The notes beneath the pieces were generated by a model. The model saw only the letters and a program-made list of their open reading frames with translations. It did not search any database and was not told the DNA's origin. From NCBI RefSeq assembly GCF_018350175.1, contig NC_058369.1, forward strand, positions 9,426,001 through 9,486,000: 60,000 nt of DNA. The letters are read 5' to 3'. This DNA is from Felis catus (taxonomy: Eukaryota). The translations under genes and the position numbers were made by a program. Positions 28,426-42,310 of the stretch are shown piece after piece. Each line of letters opens with the position of its first letter. The first letter of the stretch is position 1.

Positions 28426-30405
28426 TCATGCCACGGTGGGGGAATGAGGAAGGAGCTTCTGCTCAGGACCCTCGCTGCAGGGAGAACTCCTGGAAAGCCT
28501 CCAGGAAGAGGTGTGGCTAGGACATTTAGTTTCCGTGGACACTTCACCTTAGACATGAGCAGCAAAGAATCTGCCTGCATACGCTTTTACTTGTGGAGCA
28601 TCTACTGTGTGCCAGGCTCTACTCCAGGTGTTTAGGACACTCTAGGTAGCAGAGCCCTGCCTTCCTGGGACTAATCTCCATTTGGGGAGAGAGAGAGCAA
28701 ATATGGTTAAAAAAAAAAAAAAGTAATAGTGTGATGGAAGGTGCAATGTACTTTGGCAAAAAGAAAAAGGACAGTAGTGTAAGGGGCTGGGGAGCCTCAG
28801 GAGGGACCATGGGGCAGGCTGCCATATTTAAGCCAAGCGGTCAAGGTGAAGGCGTTGGTTTAAGCCCCCTTAGTATTTGTGGGCAGAGGAGACAGTAAGT
28901 GCAAAGGTCCTGAGGCAGAAATATGCCTGCCTGACCTATCTGGGGAATGGCATAAGGAAACCAGTATGGCTGGAGTGGAGAAGATGAGGGGGAGACAAGG
29001 AGGAGCTGAGGGCAGGGTGGGGACCCTGCGGAAGGAGCAGGGCTTTGCGGGGCCGTGGGGAGAACTGACTCAGCTGCTCACAAGCGCCCTCTAGCTGCTG
29101 CAGGGGGGGGAACAGTCTGGAAGGCCAGGGCAAGAAGAGGGAGGAGGTGACTGCATTGGTCCAGCCAGGAATAATGACGGCTGGACTCCGCGGTGGCTGG
29201 GAGGGCAGAAGAGTGGGCAGACTGGGGATGTGTTACTTCAGGGACATTTCAACGCCCGCTGCCAGTCGAGTGTGGGTGTGAGAGAGACAGAGGAACCAAG
29301 GTCTTTGGCCTGAGCCCCTGGAGGGACCGAGATGCCACGCACTGAGAGCGGACAGGTTTAGGGGAAGGTTCGCAACTCCTAAATGATCTCTTCTTGAACA
29401 CCTTCAAGGGCATTCGTTTGTTGGCTGACTGTTCTTTGGCTCATTCATTCTTTCCCCTGTTCACCAGCTCGTTCATCGATTCATGCGCTCATTGGTTGAC
29501 TTGTCCATTCACTCATTCGTCCACCCAGCAGGTGCATCAGCAGCATCCCACCAGCATGGGACGCGGCAAACGTCTCCCAGGGCGCCACTCCCTTCCCACG
29601 CACAAAATTTTCAACACACATGCCCGCTCGGCGGCAGCTGGCCAGCCCTGGTGGCGGGACCCTCTCGCCCTCATGTCCGTCGCCTGCCTGACCTCACAGC
29701 CGTTGAGAACCCCAGCGGGGCTCCTCACGGCCCCTTCTCAGTTGGGGCATTTCTGGTAGCTCCCAAAGATGTGGGATCCGCAGGCGTCCATAGGGCATGA
29801 CAAAGAGTTGAGACTTTTGAAGGTCTCAGGTCAGGTTGGGACGTTCCGTGGGGAGGAGGAGGGAGAGCTCAGTCACAGTGGGCGGGAGGCTCCCCACCCC
29901 CCACTCCTGCTGGAGCCCCACCGAAAACCCGTTCCATTGCCAACCAGCAGGTGACCTTGGCCAAGACACCTCGCATCTTGGGGCCTCAGTGCCTCCGTTC
30001 GTAAACCGGGACAACCACACTGCCCACTCACAGGGCTGCTGGGAGAATACGCCTTAGCCCCATGCTGGCCACCATGGCCATCATAATCTTCTACTAGAAC
30101 CCCCAGTGCTCCAGTGAAGACCGAGTTCATGTGCCAATTTATCGAGCAAGTCTTTCCTGATCACTGGCCCGGAGACATATCCCACAAGCACAGCACCCAC
30201 TGGGAAGGAAAAGGGAAGTGCATGTTAACTGAACACCTACTATGTGCCAGGTCCCTGCTAGCTGCGTATTGTCACCTGGATTGTATCTCACACTCACTTG
30301 GACCCACGCTCCCCTTCTCTATACATTCTTGTCTCTAGTTTTTCTCTGTGGTCTGGAATGGCAACTGCAGACAATTCTTAGATTTTACAAATATTTTCAT
30401 AAGAC

Positions 30406-30612
30406 AGGGCACCTGGATGGCTCCGTCGGTTAAGCGTCCGACTTCAGCTCAGGTCACGATCCCACGGTTCGTGGGTTCGAGCCCTCCGTGGGGCTCTGTG
30501 CTGATGGCTCAGAGCCTGAAGTCTGCTTGGGATTCTGTGTCTCCCTCTCTCTCTGCCTCCCCCACCCCACTTGCACTCTCTCTCTCTAAAATAAATAAAT
30601 ATTAAAAAATTT
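30406..30612 (+). mobile_element. Can-SINE
   Basis: head, CT tract, A-tail. Confidence 0.9.
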
Positions 30613-30929
30613 AATAAGAGATTTTATGGAACCCAACAGATCCAAAACATTATCATTTCAACACGGCATCAGTATAGAAATACGTCCAAGAGACGTTTCA
30701 CACTCTTTTTCTTGGGCTAAGACTTCTAAATCTGATGTGTTAGAAGAATGAAGCACCTCTTTGCTCACACTGGCTCTGCCCAAGGGATCAAGAGCCACAG
30801 GTGACCAGTAGCGGTCTGGAATGTCCTGCCGTGAGGACAGAAGCCTGTCACCACCAAGGCTTCAGATGGGGACTTGGGGCACTTTGCGTGCCCCTGAAAT
30901 CACCCGTAAGTTGAAACGGGTCCTGCCCA

Positions 30930-32150
30930 AGCTGCGGGTTGAACTGTGCCCCTCAGAGAGACGTGTTCCAGTCCTAACCCCTGGGATCTGCGAACGTGAC
31001 CTTACTTGGAAGTGAAGGGTCTCCGTGGATGTAACCAAGTGAAGATGTGGCCCAACCCGATCAGGGTGGGTCCTAAATCCGGTGACTGGTGTCCTTATCA
31101 GAGGAGAAGAGCCACACAGGTGCACAAGGAGAAAAGCGTGTGGCAACAGAGGCCGGAGTCTGGTGATGCACACAGACGCCGGGGATCGCCAAGGATTGCT
31201 TCGAGCTGCCCAGTTTTGACACTATGTTACGCGGCCCTGGCAGACGGATACAGCCCGCGCAGAGCTTCCGATCAAAAGTCATCTAAAAGGAATGTGATTT
31301 TCCTGAAGAGCTGGTTGTGATGGCAGCTTCCATTCACGGCTCACCTTTTCCTATAAACGACTCGAATTCCAGAGGTGTCCTTTGGGGTACTGGCTGGAGC
31401 GGGGGCCCCTTCCTGTGCGTTTCTGAGCCATCAGGCAAAGGGGCTGGAGTTTGGTGGGTGTGCCCCGGGGCAAACCTGGTCCGGGGACACCGAGCCCCTG
31501 GCCTACGTTTCGGACCCGTCTGGAGAGCTGAACGTCGCCTGCTCTGTTAACAGAAAGGGCACGGGACAGCCGTGGCTCTTAGTCCGACCGCTTCCTAGTC
31601 TGGTTTCCTGTCCTTCCCCTTATCCCACACCAGCCTGGAAACTGCATGTTTATCCCACACCAGCCTGGAACTGCATTCTCCAAGGAGCAAGGTCTCTTAC
31701 GTCGGCCACCAATTCACGAGCAGGGTCTCCCACGGGCAAACCATCTGCGAGTCTCTCTCGTGGCTTCTTGGCTGGCCCCCCTGTTATGTACTGACCTGGA
31801 TCCCCCAGATTCATATGCCGGAGTCTTATCCCCTAGTACCTCGGAATGTGAGCCTATTTGGAGCTAGGTTCTTTAACGAGCGAATTATAACGCAAACTCA
31901 GGTCCTGTAGGTGGGCCCTAATCCGATACTGACTGGGGTCCTTGTAAGAAGAGATCGGGAAAGACCGTGTGAAGACACAGGGAGGGGTCTACCAGCCTGG
32001 TCTACAGCCTTGGAGGGAGGCCTCAGAAGCAGCCAACCCTGACGGACGCCTTGAGCTAGGAACTCCAGTCTCCAGAACTCCAGTCTCCCGTCTTCTGCTG
32101 TTAAGCCCCCCAAGCCTATGCTATTTTATTATGGCAGTCGTCGCAAATGG
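30930..32150 (+). mobile_element. two MLT1-type LTR fragments (~30930-31250, ~31790-32150)
   Basis: gttgaactgtgcccc...gtgaccttacttgga; gggccctaatccgatactgactggggtccttgtaagaag. Confidence 0.65.
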
Positions 32151-32201
32151 ATGCTCTCTCCCCATTCCACAGAAAGCCCAGCTTAGAAACAAACCCCTCC
32201 C

Positions 32202-32794
32202 AGGGCGCCTGGGTGGCTCAGTCGCTCGCGCGGTGGACTTCAGCTCAGGTCACGATGTCACGGCTCGTGGGTTCGAGCCCCGCGTCGGGCTCTGTGCTGG
32301 CGGCTCAGGGCCTGGAGTCTGCTTTGGATTCTGGGTCTCCTTCTCTCCCTGCCTCTCCCGTGCTCACGCTCTGTCTCTCTCTCTCTCTCTCTTTCAAAAA
32401 TTAAATGAACATTAAAAACATTCTTTTCAAAAACCAAAACCAAAAAACAAAACAACAAACGCCTCCTTCGTGAAGCTTTCTCTCTCTGCTTTCCACCAAA
32501 TTCTTCCCAGCCTGTACAGCTATCAGAGTCCTCATGATCAGTCTCTTGTTGCTTTTTTTAAAAATCTTTTTTACCCACTTGCTTACGTACTGAATTAATT
32601 TTTTAAAAGAGAGCGAGAGCACAGGGTGGGGAGGGGCAGAGGGACAGAGAGAGAGACAGAGAGAGAATCCCAAGCAGGCTCCACACTGTCCGCACAGAGA
32701 CCAACTCGGGGCTCAGTCTCACGACCATGAGATCGTGACCTGAGCCGAGATCGAGAGTCAGACGCTCAACTGATTGAGCCACCCAGGCGCCCCC
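32202..32794. mobile_element. two Can-SINEs (+ 32202-32420, - 32597-32794)
   Basis: SINE head/tail motifs. Confidence 0.9.
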
Positions 32795-34382
32795 AGTCTG
32801 TGTTGCTTTTAAGTAACTTCAACCGCAGTTAATTACTTTTCTGGTTTCAAAAGAAATGCCCGTCACTAATTTGTACGTTTTAGAAAACTGTTGTGTAGAA
32901 AGTGAAAGAAAATCCCTCACACTTTTAAGTACCTCTCATACTTAATATCGTTCTTGCAATGGGATCATACATTTTATATGATGCCGTGCCGTTTGCTTTT
33001 TCCACTGAGAAATCGCTTTCAAACATCTTTCCATGCGAGCAGCAGCCATGTTCTTTTTCCTGGCTGCGTAATAGTCCATCGTACGTAAATACTGCAATTT
33101 CTTCAGTCGTCTCCCCATTTCTGGGCACGCGGGTTGTCTCTGGTTTTTACTGTAGTTTCTTGTGTGTGTTTTCACTGAAAAGATTTTAAGTAATCTCTCT
33201 ACCCAACACGGGGCTCCAACTCACCACCCCTAGATCAAGAGTTGCACGCTCTACCGACGGAGCCAGCCGGGCTCTTTTGAACACCAGAGACAGCGCTGTT
33301 GAGAAGAGGCATCGATCTTTTGCACACGTGGAAGAACTATTTTTGAAGCAGAAATGCCGGGTCAAAGACTAGAAACATCTACAGTTAAATAATACCCAAC
33401 CACACGGTGGAAACCGTGCCAACCAAACTCCTACCCTCAGCACGCGACAATGCCCATTTCCCCACATCCTTGCCAACATCGGGTAGTATCACTTTTCCAT
33501 CTTTTCTAGGATGACTGATGAAAAATAACCTCTCCATCAGTGGGGAGCAGGTACCCAATCTTATCCACAGAGGCGATCCTGACTTGAGTATGCCAATCTT
33601 TTGGTGTGTGAGCCAGACGTAACAGATCAAACACACAGAGCCCTGTTGGGAGTGCTCCCGTTCTTGAACTTGCTGTGGGAGGAGGGACACAGATGCACCC
33701 ACAAGTCGAAATAGGTCTAGCTCAGCATTACAAGGCAAAAGGGGGTTGTGGCTAGAACTTAAAAATGCAAATTGAAATGAGCTTGAAGGTATCATTACAG
33801 ACCTACTTAGCTGGGAAAGGGAATTAAATGGGCAATACGCAGTGGCTGGGGAGGGGGGGATCCGTTGAACGTATGAGTGCTTGGCGGGTTTATACATGGG
33901 TTCGGTGTTTCTGAAACCCAGAAGGGCTCTGTGAATAATGAGTTGAAAAGCTGTTGATATCTTTGATCCTGTAATTATCCCCAAGGAAACACGCCCAAAG
34001 GGTGGGGGCAGTAATTGAACATAAATGCTCGCGGTGGTGCTCCTCTGGAGGGGCAAAACACTGGAAACTCCAACACCATAGGACAGAGCCACGGCTAAGC
34101 AAACAACTACGGGGGCGCCACCCTCCGGGAGGATGGGACTGCAGTGGAAATGATGTCAAAACCCAGCGCACAAGGTCAAAAACCAGGAGGGGAGCGAAAA
34201 CAGCAGCGTATGGAATAGTCGGTGCCCGTGGGTCAGAACCACGTGTATATATTAAATTCCCTTCTCCCCTTCCTTCCCCCCCTCCCTCCCTTTAAAGGCT
34301 TTCTCCCCGCAAGGTCATGTGTTACTTCCCCTGCCTGGATGCTCTCCCACTTTCATTCCTGGAATGTTTAAAAACCCACTTC

Positions 34383-34536
34383 AGGGCGCCTGGGTGGCTC
34401 AGTCGGTTGAGCATCTGACTCAGGTTGGTTTGGGCTCAGGTTCGTGAGTTTGAGTCCCACATCGGGCTCTGTGCCGGCAGCATGGGGCCTGCTTGGGATT
34501 CTCTCTCTCTCCCTCTCTCTCTCTCTAAGAAAAAAA
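34383..34536 (+). mobile_element. Can-SINE (internally deleted)
   Basis: gggcgcctgggtggctcagtcggttgagc... Confidence 0.88.
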
Positions 34537-35085
34537 TTTTTTGTTCAAAATATCATCTAGTCTCTCCGGAGAAGGTCGGAAGCAACACGGTCTCCATCAG
34601 GAGGGGCGCGCAGGGAAAGAGCAAATGTGCCCTCCTCCCCAGGCTCTGCCCTTGGCAAGAACCAACAGCAACAGACCGAGCACAGCCTTCCGCCTGGCTC
34701 TCTCTGCTTTCACGGCCACGGCCAACTCCTATACTCATCCTGCAGTCCTCAGCTTCAACGTCGCCTCCTCCGAGAAGCCTTCCCTGACCACCCCCCATTC
34801 TTCCAGAGCACGCCAAACCCGGGGCGTCTTCTCAGCAGTGCCACGATCACGACAGGCTTATTTCGGGAACTACCTGTTTAACCTCTGCGTCCTGCCCTGG
34901 ACCGCAAGGCCCACGCGGGTCGGGATTTGGTTTCCCATCCTATTCACAGCCGGCCCTTCGTAAGAGCAGCCCCCTCCGTGAGTACTGACGAATCGTGATA
35001 TCATTACTGGGAGCTTATGCTGTGCCGGGCGCCCTTCTGAATGCTTACTGTGGATTATTTAGTTTAAGCTCCACGGACCGTATCA

Positions 35086-35583
<498 letters not shown>

Positions 35584-36452
35584 TCAAGACGAGAACCACG
35601 TCCTGTTCAGTCTGACTTTAGAGACTGAGGTCTGGGCTCTCAGTTGTCATTGCCCCTGGGGGATGCGTGGGTCCGGATATACAGTGACCCCTAATGAAGG
35701 CAGCCCACCCTTGACCTTTAGTACGCTTGCCAGGCCGGCCGGGACTGCGGATCCCTTTGCTCAGTATTTAGGTTCCGCTCCTCCCCCACGGGCTCTCCAG
35801 GGGACAGTGAGTTCAGGCACACGCTTCCAACAAAATGATTTAGACACCCCCGTGGGTCACCTCTTCCCCTCCCCCGCAAACAGTAAAATCCATTTGGTAA
35901 CTCTCCGAGATAAACCCTAGCTCCTTTACTTCCTGCTCTCGCCTGGTATTTTCGATCCAAAGCCCTTGCTCTGTCTCACCAAATTTCCAACCGTGAGACC
36001 ACGGTCCTGAACAGTAAGCCGGATTCTTGGCTATTTATTTATTCAGCAAACACAGATGGTGAGTCATGACCTTGAGTCAGGTAGGCGTTGTACTTGCAAG
36101 CATTAACGTAATCTTCATAAACTATCCGATGAGGTAGGTATTATTATCATAATGCCCATTTCACGGATGCGGAAAACTGAGGCACGGGGTTAAAGCAGAA
36201 AGGGCAGGCCAGAACACGAAAAACCTGCGCCGACGTCCTGAAATTCCCGAAAGCCGCAGATTCCCGCCATTCCCTGTATCCTCCTGGTCCTGACCTGGTC
36301 TTGTGTTTGTGCTTGGTGTCACCTGGGCTCTGAACGTCCATCCCCTGGAGGCCCCTGAGAACCAAACAGCCTGTTCCCCCAGCACTGGCTGCTCCGGTCT
36401 CCCCCCGGGAGCCACCCCCCCCCACCCCCTGAGCCAGGTTCAGAGCAGTTAC

Positions 36453-36509
36453 CATCAAAGGGATGCCTCTGCTCCCCGTCGGTTTCATCCTCGGCGAGGA
36501 TCACCTCTT
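36453..36509 (-). CDS. CACNA1A: CACNA1A exon 9 (57 nt) EEVILAEDETDGEQRHPFD
   Basis: cag|AAGAGGTG...GATG|gtaact. Confidence 0.96.
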
Positions 36510-37506
36510 CTGCGGAGGAAGAGCACAGAGTTAAGCTCCAGCGTCTACGGGGCTCTCCTGGGACGCGTTCCCTCGGACCAGGAAGGGCTAGGGTCTGCCC
36601 GGCCACCTTCGCTCTCCTCTTGCTGATCGCGGCAGCTCAACCAGCCAGCAGCGTGCTGCTCGGTTCTTCCTGCCTCGCAGCCCACGTCAGCAAGAGCAGG
36701 AGAGCGAGCACCACCTCCACGTCCCTCAATATGAGACCCAGCTTCCTCATAAGGCCTTGCCTGATTCGGCCCCCGCCACCTCCCTGCCTTCCTTTCCTCC
36801 CCATCTGCCCTGCGTGCCGCTGCTCCAGCCACACTGGCTTCTTTGCTATGACTCAACGCTGCCCCTACCCCAGGACCTTCGCACCCGCTATCCCCTCTGC
36901 CCGGAACACCCTTCGCTAGACATCCACACGGCTTCCTTCGGGTCTGCTCGGACACCACCTCTTCGGAGAGATCCTCTCTGACCAGCCCACCTCCTCCAAG
37001 TCTTTTCTACTTCCTAAGCTGCGTTATTTTTCTCCTCGGCACTGGGAGCACCCCGCGTTGTCCGTACTTGTTTCTTTTCTGTCTCCCTCACTAGAACGTC
37101 GGAGCCCCATCTTTTGTTCTGTCACATCCTCAGAGCCTAGAGTGGCGCCTGACACAGAGTGGGTGCTCCATAAGCATTGGGAATGGCTGAGCCAATAAAC
37201 ACGTGCCTGCTGCGTGGACTACCTCACTGCACACTACACTCCACAGCCCTGGAAGGTAGGCGTGAGCGTGTCTCCATTGAACCACCCAAGAAACCGAGGC
37301 ACAGGGAAGGGAGGTACGCTGCTAGGAGGCGGCAGGGCTGGGACGTAAACTAAAGTTGACGGGAACAGAGGAGGCGATGTCCTATCCTGGCTTCACCCCG
37401 GAAGTCCCGCTGCCGTAGCCCAGATTCCGGCCTCTGGGAAGTGGGGCTCCTTGGTCAGGGGCCCTCTTTGCTCCCCCCCCCCAGGCCCTCCCCTCACCCA
37501 CCTTCA

Positions 37507-37797
<291 letters not shown>

Positions 37798-38828
37798 TTA
37801 GGGGTTCGAAAACCCCAGGAGGGCAGTGGACTTTAACACGAGGAATCAGGTCTTCTGGGAGAGCACCACAGGGATGGGGGTGTTTCTGCCAGCTTCCCAC
37901 ATTATCCAACAGCTGCACCCCAGCTAGAGGAAACAAGTCAAACCGAAGGCTGAACACGCCCTTCTCATTCTCTGCACTCCCGGGTGAAGAAGCCCTCTTT
38001 TAGGTCAGGCCAAGGAGACATAAGCTGATTTCCTGCCACAGCCTCCTTTCCCTCATATGTGCCCTCCCCCCCCTTCCCCTTCCCCTCTCTCCTCTTCGTG
38101 TTTGGAACATGCGGTGGCTCTCTTGTGAGTGTGAGGCAGCCACTTTCAGACCATGAGGCATCCACGAGACCGAAAGCCTCTGCCTGGTAAGGACGTCAGA
38201 GCAGAAAACCAGAAGGAACTGGGGTCCCTGATGGCACCGTGGAGCCACTATGCCGCTCCCCAGACTTCTTGTGATGAGAAAAAGAAAATCTATTTATGAT
38301 TAAGCCAAAAAACCCCACAAAACACCCAATACCCGATCTTGGGGGTACGGGACAATATGCGTCATGGAAATGCATGCTTGACTGTATATTGAGATTTTGC
38401 ATTTGGAAGACAGGAAGGGGAGAACCCAATCTACTGTTTTTTTTTTTTAATGTTAATTATAGAAAGTAACGCTCTATAGGATTTTCTTGTGTGATGGGCT
38501 GTGTGCTGGGAAAGACTTCTGAATGAGAGGTCTGCATTGGAAAGAAGCTCCCTTTTCCTGGGTGGAGGTTGCTCAATGCCAGGGGTGCAGGGTTGTGAGT
38601 CGGAGCTGCACCGGATTTCAGCCCCCTTGAGTCCTTCTGCTGGGTGCTCTCAGCAGTGCACAGCCTGTGCATCTGTACCTGACTTGCTAATAACTTCTGG
38701 CTAACCCAAGACAAGGGAAGAAGCCTACTCTCTGCCTCTGCCTGGAGTATGAAAACAAAGGTTCGATGGCCTCTTTATGGTCAGAAGATGGTGAGGGGGA
38801 GTGGGATGGGGAGATTACCAGACACTTA

Positions 38829-39089
<261 letters not shown>

Positions 39090-40044
39090 TTAGTGGGGGG
39101 AAACCTGAGAGCTATCATTAGAAGCACAAAGCCCCCTCCTAATCATGTAGCCCTCACAGGACTCAGGAACCAGCATGAAACTCAGAACTTCCCAGACCAA
39201 AATCCATGAGGAGAGAGAGAAAAAAAAAAGCCCAATCAAAATGTACAAACGAACCCCCGGTTCCCTCCTCCTCTCTGACACAGTCACACTTTTCCCTTCC
39301 AGGAGGGTGCACGAAGGCAGAGTCTGACTCCCGGGTTAAATCACCAAGACAACCAACAGGGCTGTGAGCCTTTTCCTCAAATGTCTCCCTCCTCTGTGCC
39401 CTGCAGCCTCAATGTCAATCTCAAAAACATTCCTGGAAGCGCCCAGCTCAGTTTTCAAGGTGGGGAGAAGTCCACAAGTAGAACGTTCTTCTCTGGGAGA
39501 ACAGAACACTGTGCCAAGAAGGAAGGAAAAGGAAGGGATGAAAATCCAGAAGAGAGAGAGAGAAAGAAAGAGAGAAATATAAAAAAGCAGTGCTTATGGA
39601 GTACTTACTCGTGCCAGACACTCTTCTAAGTACATCAGCCATTAGCTTAGTTAGTCAGGATACCCTATTTTATCATCGTGCCCATTTTATGGCTGGGGAA
39701 ACTGAGGCCCAGAAAGACAAAAGTGCCAGCCCAAGGTCACGGAGCTAGCTGGTGACGAGCATGGGATTGGATCCCAGAGCCCATGGACTTAACCTCTGTG
39801 CTGGAGAAGCCTTGGCATCAGCCGCCGGAGCAGGGGAGCTTTCGGGTGGCTCATCAGCTCTGGGCCATCTGCACAACGTGGGGCCTCCAAGAGTGGCTTT
39901 AAAAGCTCACCTTTAAAAGCACATCTAATGCTGTTGCCACCAAGCAGAAAGGCCCAAATGAGAAGGACACATACTGCCAGGTGCTGGAAAGCTTAGAGGA
40001 TCTGTAATCGTCACGCTGCTCACGGGAGGGTGACGTGGTGGATG

Positions 40045-40495
40045 AGGGTCCTGTGTCTGGGTAACGAAGAACCACAACCGTGTGGCCTAAAACAACGGAA
40101 ATTTATTGTCTCACGGTGCTTGGAGGTCAGACGTTCAAGATCAGGGTGTCGACCAGTCTGGTTCCTTCTGGAGGCTTCCAGGGAGAACCTGCCCCATGCC
40201 TCTCTCCTGGAGTCTGGGGATTCACTGAAAACAGCCTTTAGTGGTTCCTTGGCTTGCAGAGGCATTGCTGTGGTCTCCACCCTCACCTCCACGTGACGTC
40301 CTCCTCGTGTGCATGTCTGTCTCTGCGGCCAAATTCCTCCCCCACCTCCTCCCCCAGCAGTCATACTGGATTGGGGTCCCCCCTGATGACCTCATCTTCC
40401 CACAATGACCCCACTTCCAATTAAGGTCACATTCTCAAGTGCTGGGGGCTGGGACTTCTATGTATGACCTGGAGGAGGGAGGACACAGTTCAATC
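40045..40495 (-). mobile_element. MLT1-type LTR
   Basis: aaaacaacggaaatttattgtctcacggtgcttggaggtcag...aaggtcacattct. Confidence 0.75.
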
Positions 40496-40504
40496 CACAG
40501 CACA

Positions 40505-41260
40505 TGGTCCAACCACTTTGGAAGATGGGTTGGGAGCTGCTGCTGAAATTAGTCACGTCCCCGCACGACCACCCGGAGATTCCCCTCCTGAGTCCGGGAT
40601 AGTTACCCAACAGAAACATGAACCTGCGTAAGCCAAAGGCACACACAAGGTTGTTCACAGTGGTGATCTTCATAATAGCCCCAAACTGGAAATAATCTGA
40701 ATCCCCCTCGACAATGAGAGGATAAATAAATGGCATAGCATGCAATGAATGACCGCCACTTGTCACATGAAACCTTACAGAGTGCGTGTCGAGTGAAGGA
40801 AGCCGGATACAAAGGAACATGGATGTAAGATTCCGTTATACGAAACACAAAAACAGGCCAACCAGTCAATGATGCTTGAGGTCCTGATGGGGCACCCTTT
40901 GGGGAGGAGCTATAAGTGGGGACATTCTGATCCATGGCACAACACGGACGAATCTTGAGGCCAGCACGCTGGATGAAATAAGCCAGTCATAAAAACACAA
41001 ATGCTGTAGGGTTCTACTTCTGTGCGGTCCCTAGATTCACAGAGACAGGAAGTCGGCAGGGGCTGGGGGAGGGGGTGGGGAGTCAGTGTTCAGTGGGGAC
41101 AGAGTGTCACTTTGCAAGACGTAATGAGTGAGTCCTGGAGATGGGTGGTGACGACGGCCACCCAACAATGAGGATGTACTTAATGCTGTGGAAGTGGACA
41201 CTTAAAAACGGTAAAGATGGTAAATTTTGTGTTCTGTGTATTTCACCGTGAAAAAAAAAA
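40505..41260 (+). mobile_element. old L1M 3' fragments
   Basis: ttcataatagccccaaactggaaata...; cacttaaaaacggtaaagatggtaaattttgt. Confidence 0.75.
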
Positions 41261-41919
41261 AGGAAAATAAGACAAAGTCAACATTCATCGCAGACACAGA
41301 CAGGTTCTGGGGACAATTAATAGGCCAGGGCTCCTAGCTCCTGCCTTTCTTCCCAGAAACACCCAAAGTTCCGATGCTGTGCTGCTAGAAGGTTCTGGAA
41401 AAAAGAATGGAGTCAGCAGAACAGGGCTGGACAGAAGGCACGACTGGCTTTGTGCTTTTCCTTTCCAGTGCTGTGGCAGCTGAGGGTTCTCATGCCTATT
41501 TCTTAGGCTAAATATAGTCCAGGGAGAGAAAGCCCTTACCAGCCAACACAAGAAATAGTCTGGGCCATCTCAGGAAACAGGCTTGGGACGGGAACAGAGC
41601 AGCGGGCGTGTGTCGGTGGGGGGGGGGGGGAGGGGGGAGGCAGGATGGAATGGGGAGAAATGGCTGAGGCCCCTCGGAACCGAGGCGGCCCCTTCATCTC
41701 AGACTCTGCCCACACCCCAGCTCCCCGACGGGCTTAGGGCCCTCTGGGCCATGACATGCTGGCCAGGATAATAACAGACATCCACAGGGCCAGGCACTCG
41801 GTCTACCTGAGCTCGTTTAATCCTCCCATGGACCCCCAAAGCTGGTGCATAATCCTTCCCATCCTCCTGGGTGAGGAAACTGAGGCACAGAGAGGTAAAG
41901 TTCCATGCCCAAGGTCTGT

Positions 41920-42310
41920 TCCGGGTTGCGCTGTGTCCCTCCAGAAGATGTGCTGAATTTATAACCCCGGTACCTGGGAATGTGACTTTACTTGGAAATA
42001 GGGTTTCGGCAGCTGCCATCGAGTTAAGACGAGGTCGTGATGGGGGTGGGGGGCCTAGTCCAATATGACTGGCGTCCTTTTAAAGAGGAAAACACCAGGT
42101 GGAGACAGGGACGCGCAGGGGAGAGAACAGCCACATGATCACGGAGGCAGAGGGTGGAGAGAAGCCAAGGAACACCAAGGGTCAACAGCCAGAAGGAGAA
42201 GCCAGGAAGAGGCGAGGGAGGATTCTTCTCAGAGTCTCAGAGGGAGCATGGTCCTGCTGACATCTTAGTCTCGGACTTCTGGCCTCCATGTGATGGCAGC
42301 CACAGATGGA
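41920..42310 (+). mobile_element. MLT1-type LTR
   Basis: tacctgggaatgtgactttacttggaaatagggt...ggacttctggcctcca. Confidence 0.75.

Noticed and set aside
31620..31676. Small tandem duplications (30 bp here; also 15595-15628, 32060-32089, 44126-44175)
   Set aside because: Ordinary slippage duplications in intronic or repeat DNA with no functional cue
33385..34092. 235-aa minus-strand ORF
   Set aside because: Overlies degenerate LINE fragments; no recognisable domain
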